Shown: positions 12,347 through 23,340 of the stretch, piece after piece
Numbering within the stretch: the stretch's first letter is position 1
How the letters are laid out: each line of letters opens with the position of its first letter
The notes under the pieces: model-generated
What the model was told of the DNA's origin: nothing
Databases searched by the model: none
The model's input: the letters and a program-made list of their open reading frames with translations, nothing else
DNA from: Eukaryota sp. GEM-RC1
Lineage: Eukaryota
Length of the DNA: 64,000 nucleotides
Direction of reading: 5' to 3'
Assembly: GCA_040285855.1 (NCBI GenBank)
Contig: JAUFOQ010000017.1
Coordinates: forward strand, 1,612,001 to 1,676,000
Translations under genes and position numbers: made by a program

Positions 12347-14130
12347 ATGGACTCTCCCGACGACCCTTTTGACTTTTCTGCTGTATTTAATATAGCCCCT
12401 CACTTGGTTGGCTCATCTCGAAGTAATTCAGCTCCTCCTGAATTAAATGTTTGGCGCTCCTTGTTGGCTAATCTCAGATTAGATCTCCTGCTTTAGATGA
12501 CACAGATACCTCAGATCCTCGCTTCACCAAGGAGTATTCCGAGTTCTATTACTCTATGCAGCCCCGTGATCCCAGACTACCTCCTCCTTTTGTCTCTTCT
12601 CGGCAATGGCCATCTGTCAGTTCAATGGGCTTTGGAAACATCAAAAAAGCTACACCTCTCCTTGACAATGAAGTCATTGAAGACGAAGCTCTCCAATGCT
12701 CCATCAACACCCTATCCCTAGATCAAGATGATGACGAGTCTTCAGTTCCCAATACCCCCGACGACTACCTCCTCATCTCCAACCTTACTCGCCACACCAC
12801 ACCTACGAGACATCCTTCATCCACTTCCTCTCTCCGCCCTTTCCAATCACGTCCCCCTTCATATGCCTCTGTTTTGGAAAAGAACTTTGATAAACAACAT
12901 GATCCTGGAACTCTTCCCTCAGCCATCTCTCCTAAGAAACGAGGGGAACGTCATCATAACTTCAGTGCTTCATCTTCCTCTTTCTCTCCCTCCAGAGGCC
13001 CAGATCAAGGCCGATTCAAATCCCAAAACATTAGTGACTTCATTGGTCAGATCTCTGAGCTCTGCTGCGATCCTCAAGGTTCTAGATTCATTCAAGAACA
13101 ACTTGATCACTGCTCTAACCCTGAAAAGGAGGCGGTATTTGCTGAATTGAGACCCTCTCTAGAGCAGATGGCTATTGAACCTTTTGGAAACTACGTGATC
13201 CAAAAGTTCTTTGCTGTGGGACTCGCTCATCATATAGAAGAACTTGTGACGATGTTGACTGGTCGGATTCGTTTCTTAACTCTACAAATGTACGGATGTC
13301 GTGTTGTTCAAAAGGCTTTTACTACACTTCCTCCGCACATCCTCTTGAGATTAGTCCATGAGCTTCAAGGATCTGTTGCGGAGTGTATCTGTGATCAGAA
13401 CGGTAATCACGTCATTCAATGTGCCGTTGAAACAGTGTCGAGAATTAACCCAAAGGAAGTTGATTTCATCATTGAGTCTATATTTAGTAGTTGTACTCGC
13501 TTTGCTTCACACGCCTATGGATGTCGTGTTATTCAACGTGTTTTAGAGCATTGTTCAAAGCAGCAAGTTGTACCAATCCTTGACCAACTACTGGCTTCTG
13601 TTAAGACTCTAGTTAATGACCAGTACGGTAACTATGTCTGCCAGCACATCATTCAGTACGATATTCAGGCAGCAGAGAGAATTTTCAATTGTTTAGTGGG
13701 GAACTTTGTTGATTATTCTAAGAAGAAGTTTTCATCTAATGTTGTTGAACAGATTTGTAAATATATGGCTCCTCGTTATGTAAACGCCATTGCTCACGAG
13801 TTTATGACCTCTGATGACGTTCTTTCTGAGCTGATGAGAGACCCTTTTGGTAATTTTGTTGTTCAAAAGGTTGTCGCTGCCACTGACTCTGAGACTAAAG
13901 CTAGATTGGTGGGTAAGGCCAAGGGAATCATTTCTGGACCAAAGAGAATGCTGTTTGGTCGATTTATTACGTCGTTTTTGCTAATTTGTAATTATCGTTT
14001 GCATTGTAGATTTTTTAATTTTATTTGTAAAAAAAAAGTTGTCAGTTTTTTCAGTTTTGTTGAATTTTTAAATATTTGTAACATTGTTAATTTACAGTTA
14101 TGTACAAACAATGAAATACACCTCAAGTAA
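12347..14130 (+). CDS. Pumilio/PUF RNA-binding protein (probable intron 12450-12478; 3' end uncertain)
   Basis: N-terminal RSNSAPP and YY..QPRDPRLPPP motifs; eight PUF repeats (GSRFIQ, GNYVIQ, GCRVVQ, GNHVIQ, GCRVIQ, GNYVCQ, SSNVVE, GNFVVQ). Confidence 0.92.
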
Positions 14131-14149
14131 CATTTCAAAAAGGAAAATC

Positions 14150-14923
14150 TTAGTACATTTTTTGAAATTCATGTCTCCGTTTCATCAAAAGCTCATAATC
14201 AGAAGGAGTCAATTTAATCCGAAACGTGACAGTTTCGTCAACTTTTGGAGAATCCTCAGTAAACTTTAACGACTGATTTAGACCTGGTGACGATAGTACT
14301 GGACTCTTAGTATAATTTAGATGTTTCTCTGCTTCTAATGGTTCGACATTAGAAGACTGTTGTGGTAGAGACGGGGTAGGGTTGAAAGGTGGTGATGCAG
14401 AGGGAGAGGGGGAATGATGTTCTGGTGATGAATGGTGAGAAGAAGGTGAAAGTGCAATAGGAGAGGGTTGGCTGGACAGTGACCGTTGACTAGAGAGAAC
14501 GTCGTATTCCTGAGTCACGTGATCCTCAGTGACGTGATCTTGTGATTCGTGGACTGTAGAATGGACTGTAGAAGGAACAAATGGTTCAGATGGAGGTCGG
14601 CGACGTGGCGGTGACGTGACAGGGGACATAAGAGTTGTATGAATGAAGCGAAGGAGACGACGTAGTTTGAATCGTTGTTTCTCAAGAACAGTACTTCTTT
14701 CATCAAAGGAGTTTTCTAGGATGAAGACTGTGAGATCTTCAACTCTACGTTCAATGCAGAATTTGATTTCCTCAAGTTGATCTGTCAGCTCAGAGAGGGA
14801 TCCAGAAGCTCCATTTCGACATTCTTCAAAAGAGTTTAATTGTTGATCAACATTATGACAGAGACCATCAGTTTCTGCTACTATATCAGCTAAATGATCA
14901 AGACTAAGTGGAAGAAGATCCAT
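14150..14923 (-). CDS. Hypothetical protein (coiled coil plus Ser/Pro-rich region)
   Basis: Open frame from ATG 14923 with protein-like composition; no family recognised. Confidence 0.6.
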   Translation of the reverse strand: MDLLPLSLDHLADIVAETDGLCHNVDQQLNSFEECRNGASGSLSELTDQLEEIKFCIERRVEDLTVFILENSFDERSTVLEKQRFKLRRLLRFIHTTLMSPVTSPPRRRPPSEPFVPSTVHSTVHESQDHVTEDHVTQEYDVLSSQRSLSSQPSPIALSPSSHHSSPEHHSPSPSASPPFNPTPSLPQQSSNVEPLEAEKHLNYTKSPVLSSPGLNQSLKFTEDSPKVDETVTFRIKLTPSDYELLMKRRHEFQKMY

Positions 14924-15000
14924 AAAAGTTGAGGATTTGGTTTGGTGAAATATTTCTCTACTAGTACAGCTGGTTCTAGTTTCTTTACTCAATCTATAGA

Positions 15001-15486
15001 ATGTCCTCCTACGAATTCAAAGCTGCTGGAATTGTTCCATATAGATTCGTCAATGATGAACTGGAAATCCTATTAGCTGTGCAAGTTCGCTCCAATAACA
15101 ATCCTAAGAAAGAACTGCTGCTACACGCTTTAGGAGGACGTCGTATGGAGAACGAGTATGCCAATGAGTGTGCTATCCGTGAATTTCTTGAAGAAACATC
15201 ATCCTTACACAACCGTTTTCTTGAAAGTGACCTGCTTGCCAATGTTAAATTCAGTACCTACATCCCCTCTGGAAAATACAAACTATTCGTTTTCGATATA
15301 CATTATCTGTCTCCTGAGTCTCAAGATTATCTTAATCAGCTACCGCTCTCTTTTACCAGTAACCGTGAAGTAGAATATCTAGTTTGGATTTCTCCTTTAA
15401 AGCTTTCTGACAGTGAATTTGGTATCTCTCAGTTCTTCAAATATTCAATATTACCAGCAGTTAAACAGATTCTACGTATCAGATAG
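15001..15486 (+). CDS. Nudix hydrolase
   Basis: AAGIVPY...EILL; Nudix box GGRRMENEYANECAIREFLEET. Confidence 0.88.
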   Translation: MSSYEFKAAGIVPYRFVNDELEILLAVQVRSNNNPKKELLLHALGGRRMENEYANECAIREFLEETSSLHNRFLESDLLANVKFSTYIPSGKYKLFVFDIHYLSPESQDYLNQLPLSFTSNREVEYLVWISPLKLSDSEFGISQFFKYSILPAVKQILRIR

Positions 15487-16327
15487 CTTTCAAAATATGG
15501 TAAGGAACTGTCAATTGAAGATTGCTTTTTTGTACTGATGTTCTTCTTTTGATGTCTTGTCGATGGTTTTGGATGTGTCATCCTTTCAGAATTAATTTAA
15601 CTGTGTGATGAAGGAATAGAGATGAAGAGTATACTGTTGGATTTGTAAAATATATATTGTACACAATAACTCTACTGTACTAACAGAAGTTACAGAATGT
15701 TTTCACTTTTGTCAGAGGATCTTGACCCAACATCTGAAGACTGACATCGATACAACCAGAAATCGTCCCTATATCTTTTCATTATACACCGAGGACCTAA
15801 AGAGTTTCTCTATTGAAGAGAAAGAGTTCTTTGGTAACTAAAAGATGTTCAACCAAATCTCCAGCGTGTGACAGATTTAGTGTAGGATCTGCAGTCCAAA
15901 GGATGTAACTCCGATACCGTAGCCTCAGATCTGAAATGTCTTTGAAAATGACATTTGAACAACGGCGATGATGCGTATCTATTTGGTGGACTTTTTCTTG
16001 GAAGAGTTCCAGACAGCAAAAGTGGAAGGGAAGTAGAGTAGGCGCTTTTACATGTAGAAAAACGAAGAACCTGTATCCAAAAAGAGACATTAAGTCACTG
16101 GGAAAGAAATCGGACAGTGTGCTGTTCCACTTGAGAATAAAGGAGAATCTATGCAGAATCTCTGCAGAATTCCGCAGCCTGAAGGGATAAGTTACACAGA
16201 TGTAGTCTCTGTCATCAATCTTTAAGTGTTGTTTTTCTCTTTGTAAGTTGAGGTTGGTGGTGGTCATTTTCGAAAAATGAGACCAGGAAATTTCAGGACC
16301 AACCCAAATTTCCTTGGTTATCCATCA

Positions 16328-16707
16328 ATGGGACTTACTTTTGAGATGCTATTACAAGGAGTTGACTTAAAACAACTCAGTCGACGTCCATCTGAAGATA
16401 CGAAGACCAGGGCCGTCTACACTCACCTCATCTTAGGTGAAAGCCAAGATGCAGTTGCGAGATGCACAAAGGTCTGATCCGCATTTTAGACCTTCACATT
16501 TTAGACCTAACATCTTCCCTCATCTCCCTCGCCTTCTCTTCCGTTCTTGAAGACTTCTTTTACATCACAATGTGTTTGACTTGGGATCTTCTTCATTCAC
16601 ACGAAGATTTTCGATCTCTTCCCCTAAAACCCTCAGAAGACTCAAAAGTACGTGCTGTATGGAGGTATTTGTTCTTAGGACTTAGTCAAGAAGAAATACA
16701 ACATTGA
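16328..16707 (+). pseudogene. Two tandem paralogous short ORF fragments, possibly HTH N-termini of an IS630/Tc1-like transposase
   Basis: MGLTFEMLL...RRPSEDTKTRAVYTHLILGESQDAVA and MCLTWDLL...KPSEDSKVRAVWRYLFLGLSQEEI; a third start, MGLTWDLL, at about 33979. Confidence 0.35.
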
Positions 16708-16950
16708 AATACAACATTTGTAATGACAACATTTGTAATGACAACCATTTCATTCCTTCTAACATCAAGAAAGATTACCGAGATTTTTTAACCAAAATTT
16801 AAACATTCAGTCTTGTGATAAATGACTCTTATCTGTCTTCACTAATCAATGTGTTAACCCAGCCAAGAAAGATATTCACTATTAATGTCTAGAGTTGACT
16901 GAAAAGAACACCTTCGATCTTTTGAATTGTTGACTATTTTATATTTGAAT

Positions 16951-19608
16951 TTACAAAACTACAAGTGCTTTTTGTAACACAAGATGTGTTTTACAAGATG
17001 TGTAACACAAGATCTGTAATACAACATTTGTAATACAAGATGTGTAACACAAGATGTGTAATACAAGATGTGTTTTACAAGATCTGTAACACAAAATGAA
17101 ACTATCAAAATTACCTATATTTTCCAATCTTTTCAAAATTAAATATAATTCAAATAAAACACACATACCAGTCTTTTCATCATTTTTCAAATACTCTTTC
17201 AAAACATGAAACAATTCCACAAGCACACCTTTACAATAACGTTCATCAACATTATCCCTATTAATCACATCGGTAATGTAACAGTTTCTTATTGTTTTCA
17301 CTTCCATACTTGATGCAGATTCAGATCCAATACAATCTAGTACATTATCGACAATTGACTGAATTCCAATAGTTAAGTCCACTCTCAATTGTTTTGAAGT
17401 AGCAACACGATTATACTCCAAAATAGGAGACAATGATATTGTTTCATAAGTCACATTGTCAGTTTGTTGATATTCACATATGGAATCACATTGATCATTT
17501 TCAACAATACTTTCAGTTTGAACTTCCTTGAGACAAAATCGTTTTTCATCATCAATAAGAGGAAATACTTGGGAACTTTTTCTTTCTATACCAGCACTGA
17601 CATTCTTTTTTAATAATAAATTCTTCGTTGGTAAAGGGGTTTTCTTCAAACGGGGAAGCGATGGTAGAGTAATGTTGCCTCGTGGTAACTGAGGAAGTTT
17701 AGACTTATTGACACCAATCTCTGGGGAATTTTTGTTAAAAATTGAGTCACAATTGATAAATTTGGGAGGAATATTAGTTTCATCTTCTTCAAGTTCATCA
17801 TTTACAACAAAATCATCTAAACTTGTTGAAATTGTATCACTATCAGATTCATCACCAGAATCGGATCCTGATAGTAGTGCTTCTGTTTCAAATAAATTTG
17901 ATTTTTCGAAATGGTTTAAATGATTTTTTCCAAGTCAACAATTTGATTATCATTATTTTCAATAATTTGTTCATCAACATTATCAACAATAACTTCATCA
18001 ACAATTTCATCAACACCATGAACAATTTCAGGAACAACAACATCATCCATAATTGGTTCACTCGATTCTGCACAAAAGTTTGCAAACAATGAATTAAAAT
18101 GATTGAAATCTCGTTGAAGACAATGTTGATTTCCCAAAACATACAAATCAATAGTGGATGGTTTAACAGGATGAAAAGTTGAATAATACCATAGGTACAA
18201 TTCCAAATTTGGTACCGGATAACTTCTTCCAATACTTAAAATCTTTAAACTCCTCCAAGACCTAACCCTACTTAAGGTCACATAAAGTTGGGCATATTCC
18301 CAAAACTGGATAGCAACTTCAATCCCGTCAATTGTTAAACCTTGGGATCGATGCACTGTTATCGCCCAGCAAGGTCTTAGCGGAAACTGAATTCTTTTCG
18401 CCACTTGAACAGGTCTTCCGATTTCATTCAAGTGTTCGATAGCAAACCTTGACTGACTGATTCTTTTCGGTTCTGCTTCAGCGTTGAACCGAACATCAAT
18501 ATATGTATCTGAAAAATTAACAATAACTCCTTTTGAACCATTAACTAATCCAAGTTCAGGCTTGTTTTGAGTGTACATCACTTGTCCACCCACAACACAG
18601 TCTAGTTTTTTTTCAGCAAAGTCATCCAAGCGACTTGTCAGCACAGAAGTTTCAATGTCATAATATTTTTCCAAATTAGATTCATTGACTGGAAATCTAG
18701 AACTTCTTTTTCTAATTTGAGATTTTAATTCAGATTCATTGAATTTGTCAACAGCTACAAATTCAATGGAATCTGAATTTTGCCAGAATTTTGAATTGTT
18801 TTAAATTTTCTCTAGCAACATCAGTATTCTTTCCGTATAAAATTGTTGGGTTTTCAACAGATTCTGCTGTTTCGAAATGAGTACACAGAATTGATTTCAT
18901 AAAATTATCTAACAGACCCAATCTTAATTGATTTAGAAAATTAAAAAATTGGGAATCTGATTGCTGTCGAATACTACCAGTCAGTTCAAAATATTTAAAA
19001 TTTAAATTGTTCCAAGCACTTGATGAAAAAGCGAAATCAGAAATTACCACTTTTCGATTTCCTTTTCCATCAAGACTTTTCACAACAGGGGCTAATTGAA
19101 GAAAGTCCCCAAAACAAATTATCTGAATTCCTCCAAATGGTTTCTTCGGGGAGTGACATTTTGGAGTGTACATAAGCTCACTCAAAATGTCACTCGCCCG
19201 TTGAAACAATTTGGAGGACAACATTGAAATTTCATCAATGATTAACATTGAATTTTTTGGAGTAATTTTTTTTAACAAAATTTTGACATTTGATGGCATA
19301 CATTTAATAACATCATGTATGGATTCTTCTTCTTTCATAAACTTATAACCAAACAGTGAGTGTATGGTCTGTCCACCAAAAACAGTTGATGCAACCCCAG
19401 TTGTTGCAGTGAAAAAGATTTCACCATTACCACGCATGAGACGAGATCCGGCGTTATTCCACCAGTATTTGAGAGCATGTAAAAGATAAGATTTTCCTGA
19501 TCCTGCACCACCAGTGACAAAGAAGTTGTGTCTGCTGGTAGTGATTGCGTTAAAGATCTCACGTTGGTCATCTGTGAGATTGATGTTGTGTATAGTGGTT
19601 GGTGCCAT
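16951..19608 (-). CDS. Pif1-family SF1B DNA helicase with a long acidic C-terminal extension (frameshifted over 3 or more ORFs)
   Basis: TGGAGSGKS, TATTGVAS, IIDEISM, FGGIQIICFGDFLQLAPV, RQQSD, NGSKG, QFPLRPCWAITVHRSQGLT, QLYVTLSRV; joining to the 16951..17649 ORF is inferred. Confidence 0.88.
16974..17094. repeat. 14-bp minisatellite (ACAAGATGTGTAAT / ACAACATTTGTAAT variants)
   Basis: Tandem units read directly; same unit at 21277-21510 and a short run at about 16708-16745. Confidence 0.9.
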
Positions 19609-19660
19609 TGAGTTGATGGATTGTTTGAGCGCAGGGAAACTTGGTCTTTATCAAATTTCT

Positions 19661-20532
19661 TATAGATGGGAGCCGGCTCAAAATTTGCTCACGGCTAAGC
19701 CGCAGGCATTAGCCAGCCGGCTGCGGCTTACAACGCATTTTAGCCAGCTCAAGCCGGCTAAAGCCGGCTCAGCCGCATGTTGGTTGATATATCAATAAAA
19801 TGATTCAGAACCATTGTTAATGACAACTACACCGAGTATCAAAACGACACAATGCTGATACTATTGATCAGTACATTCCAGTTTTCACAGATTTTACATG
19901 TCACATATTTTTGTGATTATCACTTATATACTTGACGGTTAGTTATCGCTTGAATCTGTGAAACAATCGAAACACCACTATGGAATTGGCTGTCTGCCTA
20001 AAATATGACAACAGTACGATAGTACTTTTGAGAAGGAGCTTAATTAGTCCTAAAGAAACAAAGTCGTTGGAGGAAGAGCTCTGACGGACTCTAGGTTTTT
20101 TACTGTCTCGGAACACAAGTATAGCGGTTTATTTGGAAGCAAAAGATGTAATAGACATTTAAAGTGTCAGAAATAGACACTGCGACAATGTACATAAGGC
20201 ACTGAATGTACTATCAGTGCCCAAGAAAAACAGTAGGGCAATTATTTGACACATATCAACTATATTCACCAATTCTACTGTTGCTCGAACGTTGATAAAC
20301 ATTAGTAGCCCTAAACTGTTCTGTAAAGCGCTGTAAATGATATTTTCGATTTCTAAATTCATCATTCGTTCTTTATTAGCTATGTTTTCTGAGAACCTAA
20401 AATATTCGGCTTGAGCCGGCTAAAAATATATTTAGCCAGCCGGCTTGCAGCTGAAAATTTTTCTATTCTGGACCAGTCGGCTGGCTCGGCTAGCCGGCTC
20501 AGCCAACTAAATTGAGCCGGCTCCCATCTCTA
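19661..20532. mobile_element. Non-autonomous hAT-type element/MITE
   Basis: TIRs TATAGATGGGAGCCGGCTCAA ... TTGAGCCGGCTCCCATCTCTA; exact 8-bp TSD AAATTTCT (19653-19660, 20533-20540); subterminal AGCCGGCT repeats. Confidence 0.92.
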
Positions 20533-21276
20533 AAATTTCTCTTTCACTTCAAACAATGACTTTATCCAGGGACTGTATTTCAGTCGGGGTATTACAATCT
20601 CACATTTCCGCAGTTCACGACTTCAAGTCCTTTTATATTGATTCTGTGAACATTTGTCCTTCCATACGATTCATATGCAAGAATTTTCTATGTCACACCA
20701 GTAGTAGTGATGGAGGATGTGTGTTTGTATGTTTATATGTATCATCTCTGACTTCTTTTTGTAATAGTAAACTTCGTTTTAACATCTGTCTTCTTGTTTA
20801 TAGATCAAATCTTACTTTCAAACTAGTATGATATTCAGCGACTAACTAATACATCTAGCACCGTCTTCCAATAGAATCAACACAAAATGTTAAAAGAGGA
20901 AAAGAGGGAATGTGTTTCCGATAAGTTTGGCGAGAAGTGTAAAGCAGTGGATTGACCAAACAATAAAGAGTACGCGTAAGTCTGTTTGACTGGGATTAGA
21001 ATTGTCATGTCTTGATGTTGTCATAGAAAAGATATGCAACGACGATACGCAAACGAGAAACTAGCTGTTTATTATACAAGAAGGGGAATCAAAGACCAAG
21101 GGGTAACAATATGGCATTTAACATGTGTATCGGGTGTATGTCTTCAGCAAATGTCACTAGCCTTCAGTTTGGGGAGTCACATAACTCTTAAAGAACGAGA
21201 AGTAACAGAGTGTGGCTTCGTTGTGGATATGAGTTTGGATGAAGAAAATGTGGATGTAGATACAAGACTGGATGTG

Positions 21277-21510
21277 TTTCACAAGATCTGTAACACAAGA
21301 TGTGTTTTACAAGATCTGTAATGCAACATTTGTAATACAACATTTGTAACACAAGATGTGTAATACAACATTTGTAACACAAGATGTGTAACACAAGATG
21401 TGTTTTACAACATTTGTAACACAAGATGTGTAATACAAGATGTGTTTTACTTGATGTGTAACACAAGATCTGTAACACAACATTTGTAATACAACATGTG
21501 TTTTACAAGA
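21277..21510. repeat. 14-bp minisatellite, same family as 16974-17094
   Basis: About 16 tandem units of ACAA(G/C)AT(G/T/C)TG(TAA/TTT)(C/T). Confidence 0.9.
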
Positions 21511-21515
21511 TTTAT

Positions 21516-22340
21516 TTAGTTACACAGATACTTACAAACATACTTCACTACACTATCATTAAACTGCAACAACTCATCACATAAATTCTCCACATCAATC
21601 TCATCATTTCCTGACATTTTCCAAGTCAAAACATGTTTCAAGTCAACAAAATCACTTCGTTCTAAAATAAAACTAAACAAATTGACAACTTCAGTATAAT
21701 CATTACAATTACCTTTTGCTAAAACAATGTTAACAAAAATCAAAACAAACTTTGAAACAGACAAACAATAATCATTGTCCTCAAGTAACAGCAACAATTT
21801 ATCCTCAATCTTTTTAAAATAAACAAATCTTAAATGACCATCATCATGAAGTGAACTTTGGAGGAAATCAGGAATTAATAAAGTTGTAGAAGATCGAGAA
21901 CTGTGACAAAATATTATGCCAACTGAACAAGCAAAACTATTGATCAGTAAATGCAAATGCTTCAAAAATAAACAAGTGTCATCATTGAGACAACAATGAA
22001 GAAGAATATCAATTAACCCTGTCCAATTGAGAAAACTGTTGAGTAGAGGCGTGAACTGCCAAAGATGAGATACTCTGATTAAGACTTCATCAACATTAGA
22101 AGTTTCTGATGAAGGGTAGAACAGAGTTGACACAAGATCTTTTAAGGATGTTGATATAGATATCGTCACAGAATCATCTCCTAAAGAAGTACAATGACAA
22201 CAATTGCATAAGGTTATCAAACTTCTATTGCAGTGTTCATGAAACTGTGCTAACAGACTTGACATCACTTCAAGAGAAGATTTGTTCAAAGACATTGAGA
22301 TTCCGATCAAGGAGAATTTGTTTCCCGGCAAAATTTGCAT
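21516..22340 (-). CDS. Hypothetical helical protein
   Basis: 274-aa ORF ending immediately before the minisatellite; no family recognised. Confidence 0.5.
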   Translation of the reverse strand: MQILPGNKFSLIGISMSLNKSSLEVMSSLLAQFHEHCNRSLITLCNCCHCTSLGDDSVTISISTSLKDLVSTLFYPSSETSNVDEVLIRVSHLWQFTPLLNSFLNWTGLIDILLHCCLNDDTCLFLKHLHLLINSFACSVGIIFCHSSRSSTTLLIPDFLQSSLHDDGHLRFVYFKKIEDKLLLLLEDNDYCLSVSKFVLIFVNIVLAKGNCNDYTEVVNLFSFILERSDFVDLKHVLTWKMSGNDEIDVENLCDELLQFNDSVVKYVCKYLCN

Positions 22341-23340
22341 GAACTCATCAACAAACGTTTTGTCTCGGAAACGTCGTCTTTCTGCTTATCAGAGGAAGTA
22401 TGCATCTAAACATCAAGATGTATACAATGTCTTTTCTTTTACTGAGACAAAATCAACTCCTTCTACTTCATCTTACAATCTCGGAATCAATGGAGATTTT
22501 ATCTTAGTCACCCGAGCTGCTGATAGTACTAAATTATTGAATGAAAAGAAGAATCAAGTAACTCAAGCAATGAGTTAGAGTCAGAATCAACTGGAACAAC
22601 TGAGATTACGTCGACTCCACTCCCTCCTCTTAAGTCTCTTGTCAAAAATCCAATTTTACGAAGAATCCTTTTGAACTTGAGATTCCTATAAAGCATAGTA
22701 ATAAACAAGACTGACCTGTACTATTTGTCATTGATCATAGTTTGAAGGAGTCAGGAGAGTCAAGGATTATTATTTGATGAAATCAAATCTTTTACAGATT
22801 GATTGGATTGATTGATACGATCATAAAATCTTTATAACAATGGATATGTACATGTAGCTACTAGCAGTAGGAATAAATCATTTGTCATCAATTAATAACC
22901 TCTCTTTGCTTTAATCTGAATATAGATACGTTGAATTACAATATAAAATAACTTATCACATATACTTTTAAAACATACTATAGAAAACATCAACAAACAA
23001 ATTACATAGGCATACTAGTTTGCTTTTAAAAGATAATATACATGTTATTACTTTTACACCTTATGAGAGATAAAGTTTTATGTAGAGAAATTTATGTTTA
23101 TTAATGTCAACACTAGAGTAACCCTGAATCTATATGAGACACTTGTATGAAACAGAAAATCTGAAGTGGACATAAGTTCTTAGTCGTCAAGAGGGATGGG
23201 TGAATAGCTAGTAGCTAGTAAGTAGGAGATAGCTAGTTGCTCTTACGTTTGGAATTATATGAAATGTGACTGACTTGTAAGATATATTACTATAGATGGA
23301 AGAAATCTTTGTCAAACCAAAAACCAATCATTTACTTTCA

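Noticed and set aside
21188..21478. Cys/His-rich repeat protein ORF
   Set aside because: It is the translation of the 14-bp minisatellite.
16951..22340. Helitron call for the Pif1 region
   Set aside because: No HUH Rep motifs or convincing Helitron termini were found; Pif1 alone is not diagnostic.
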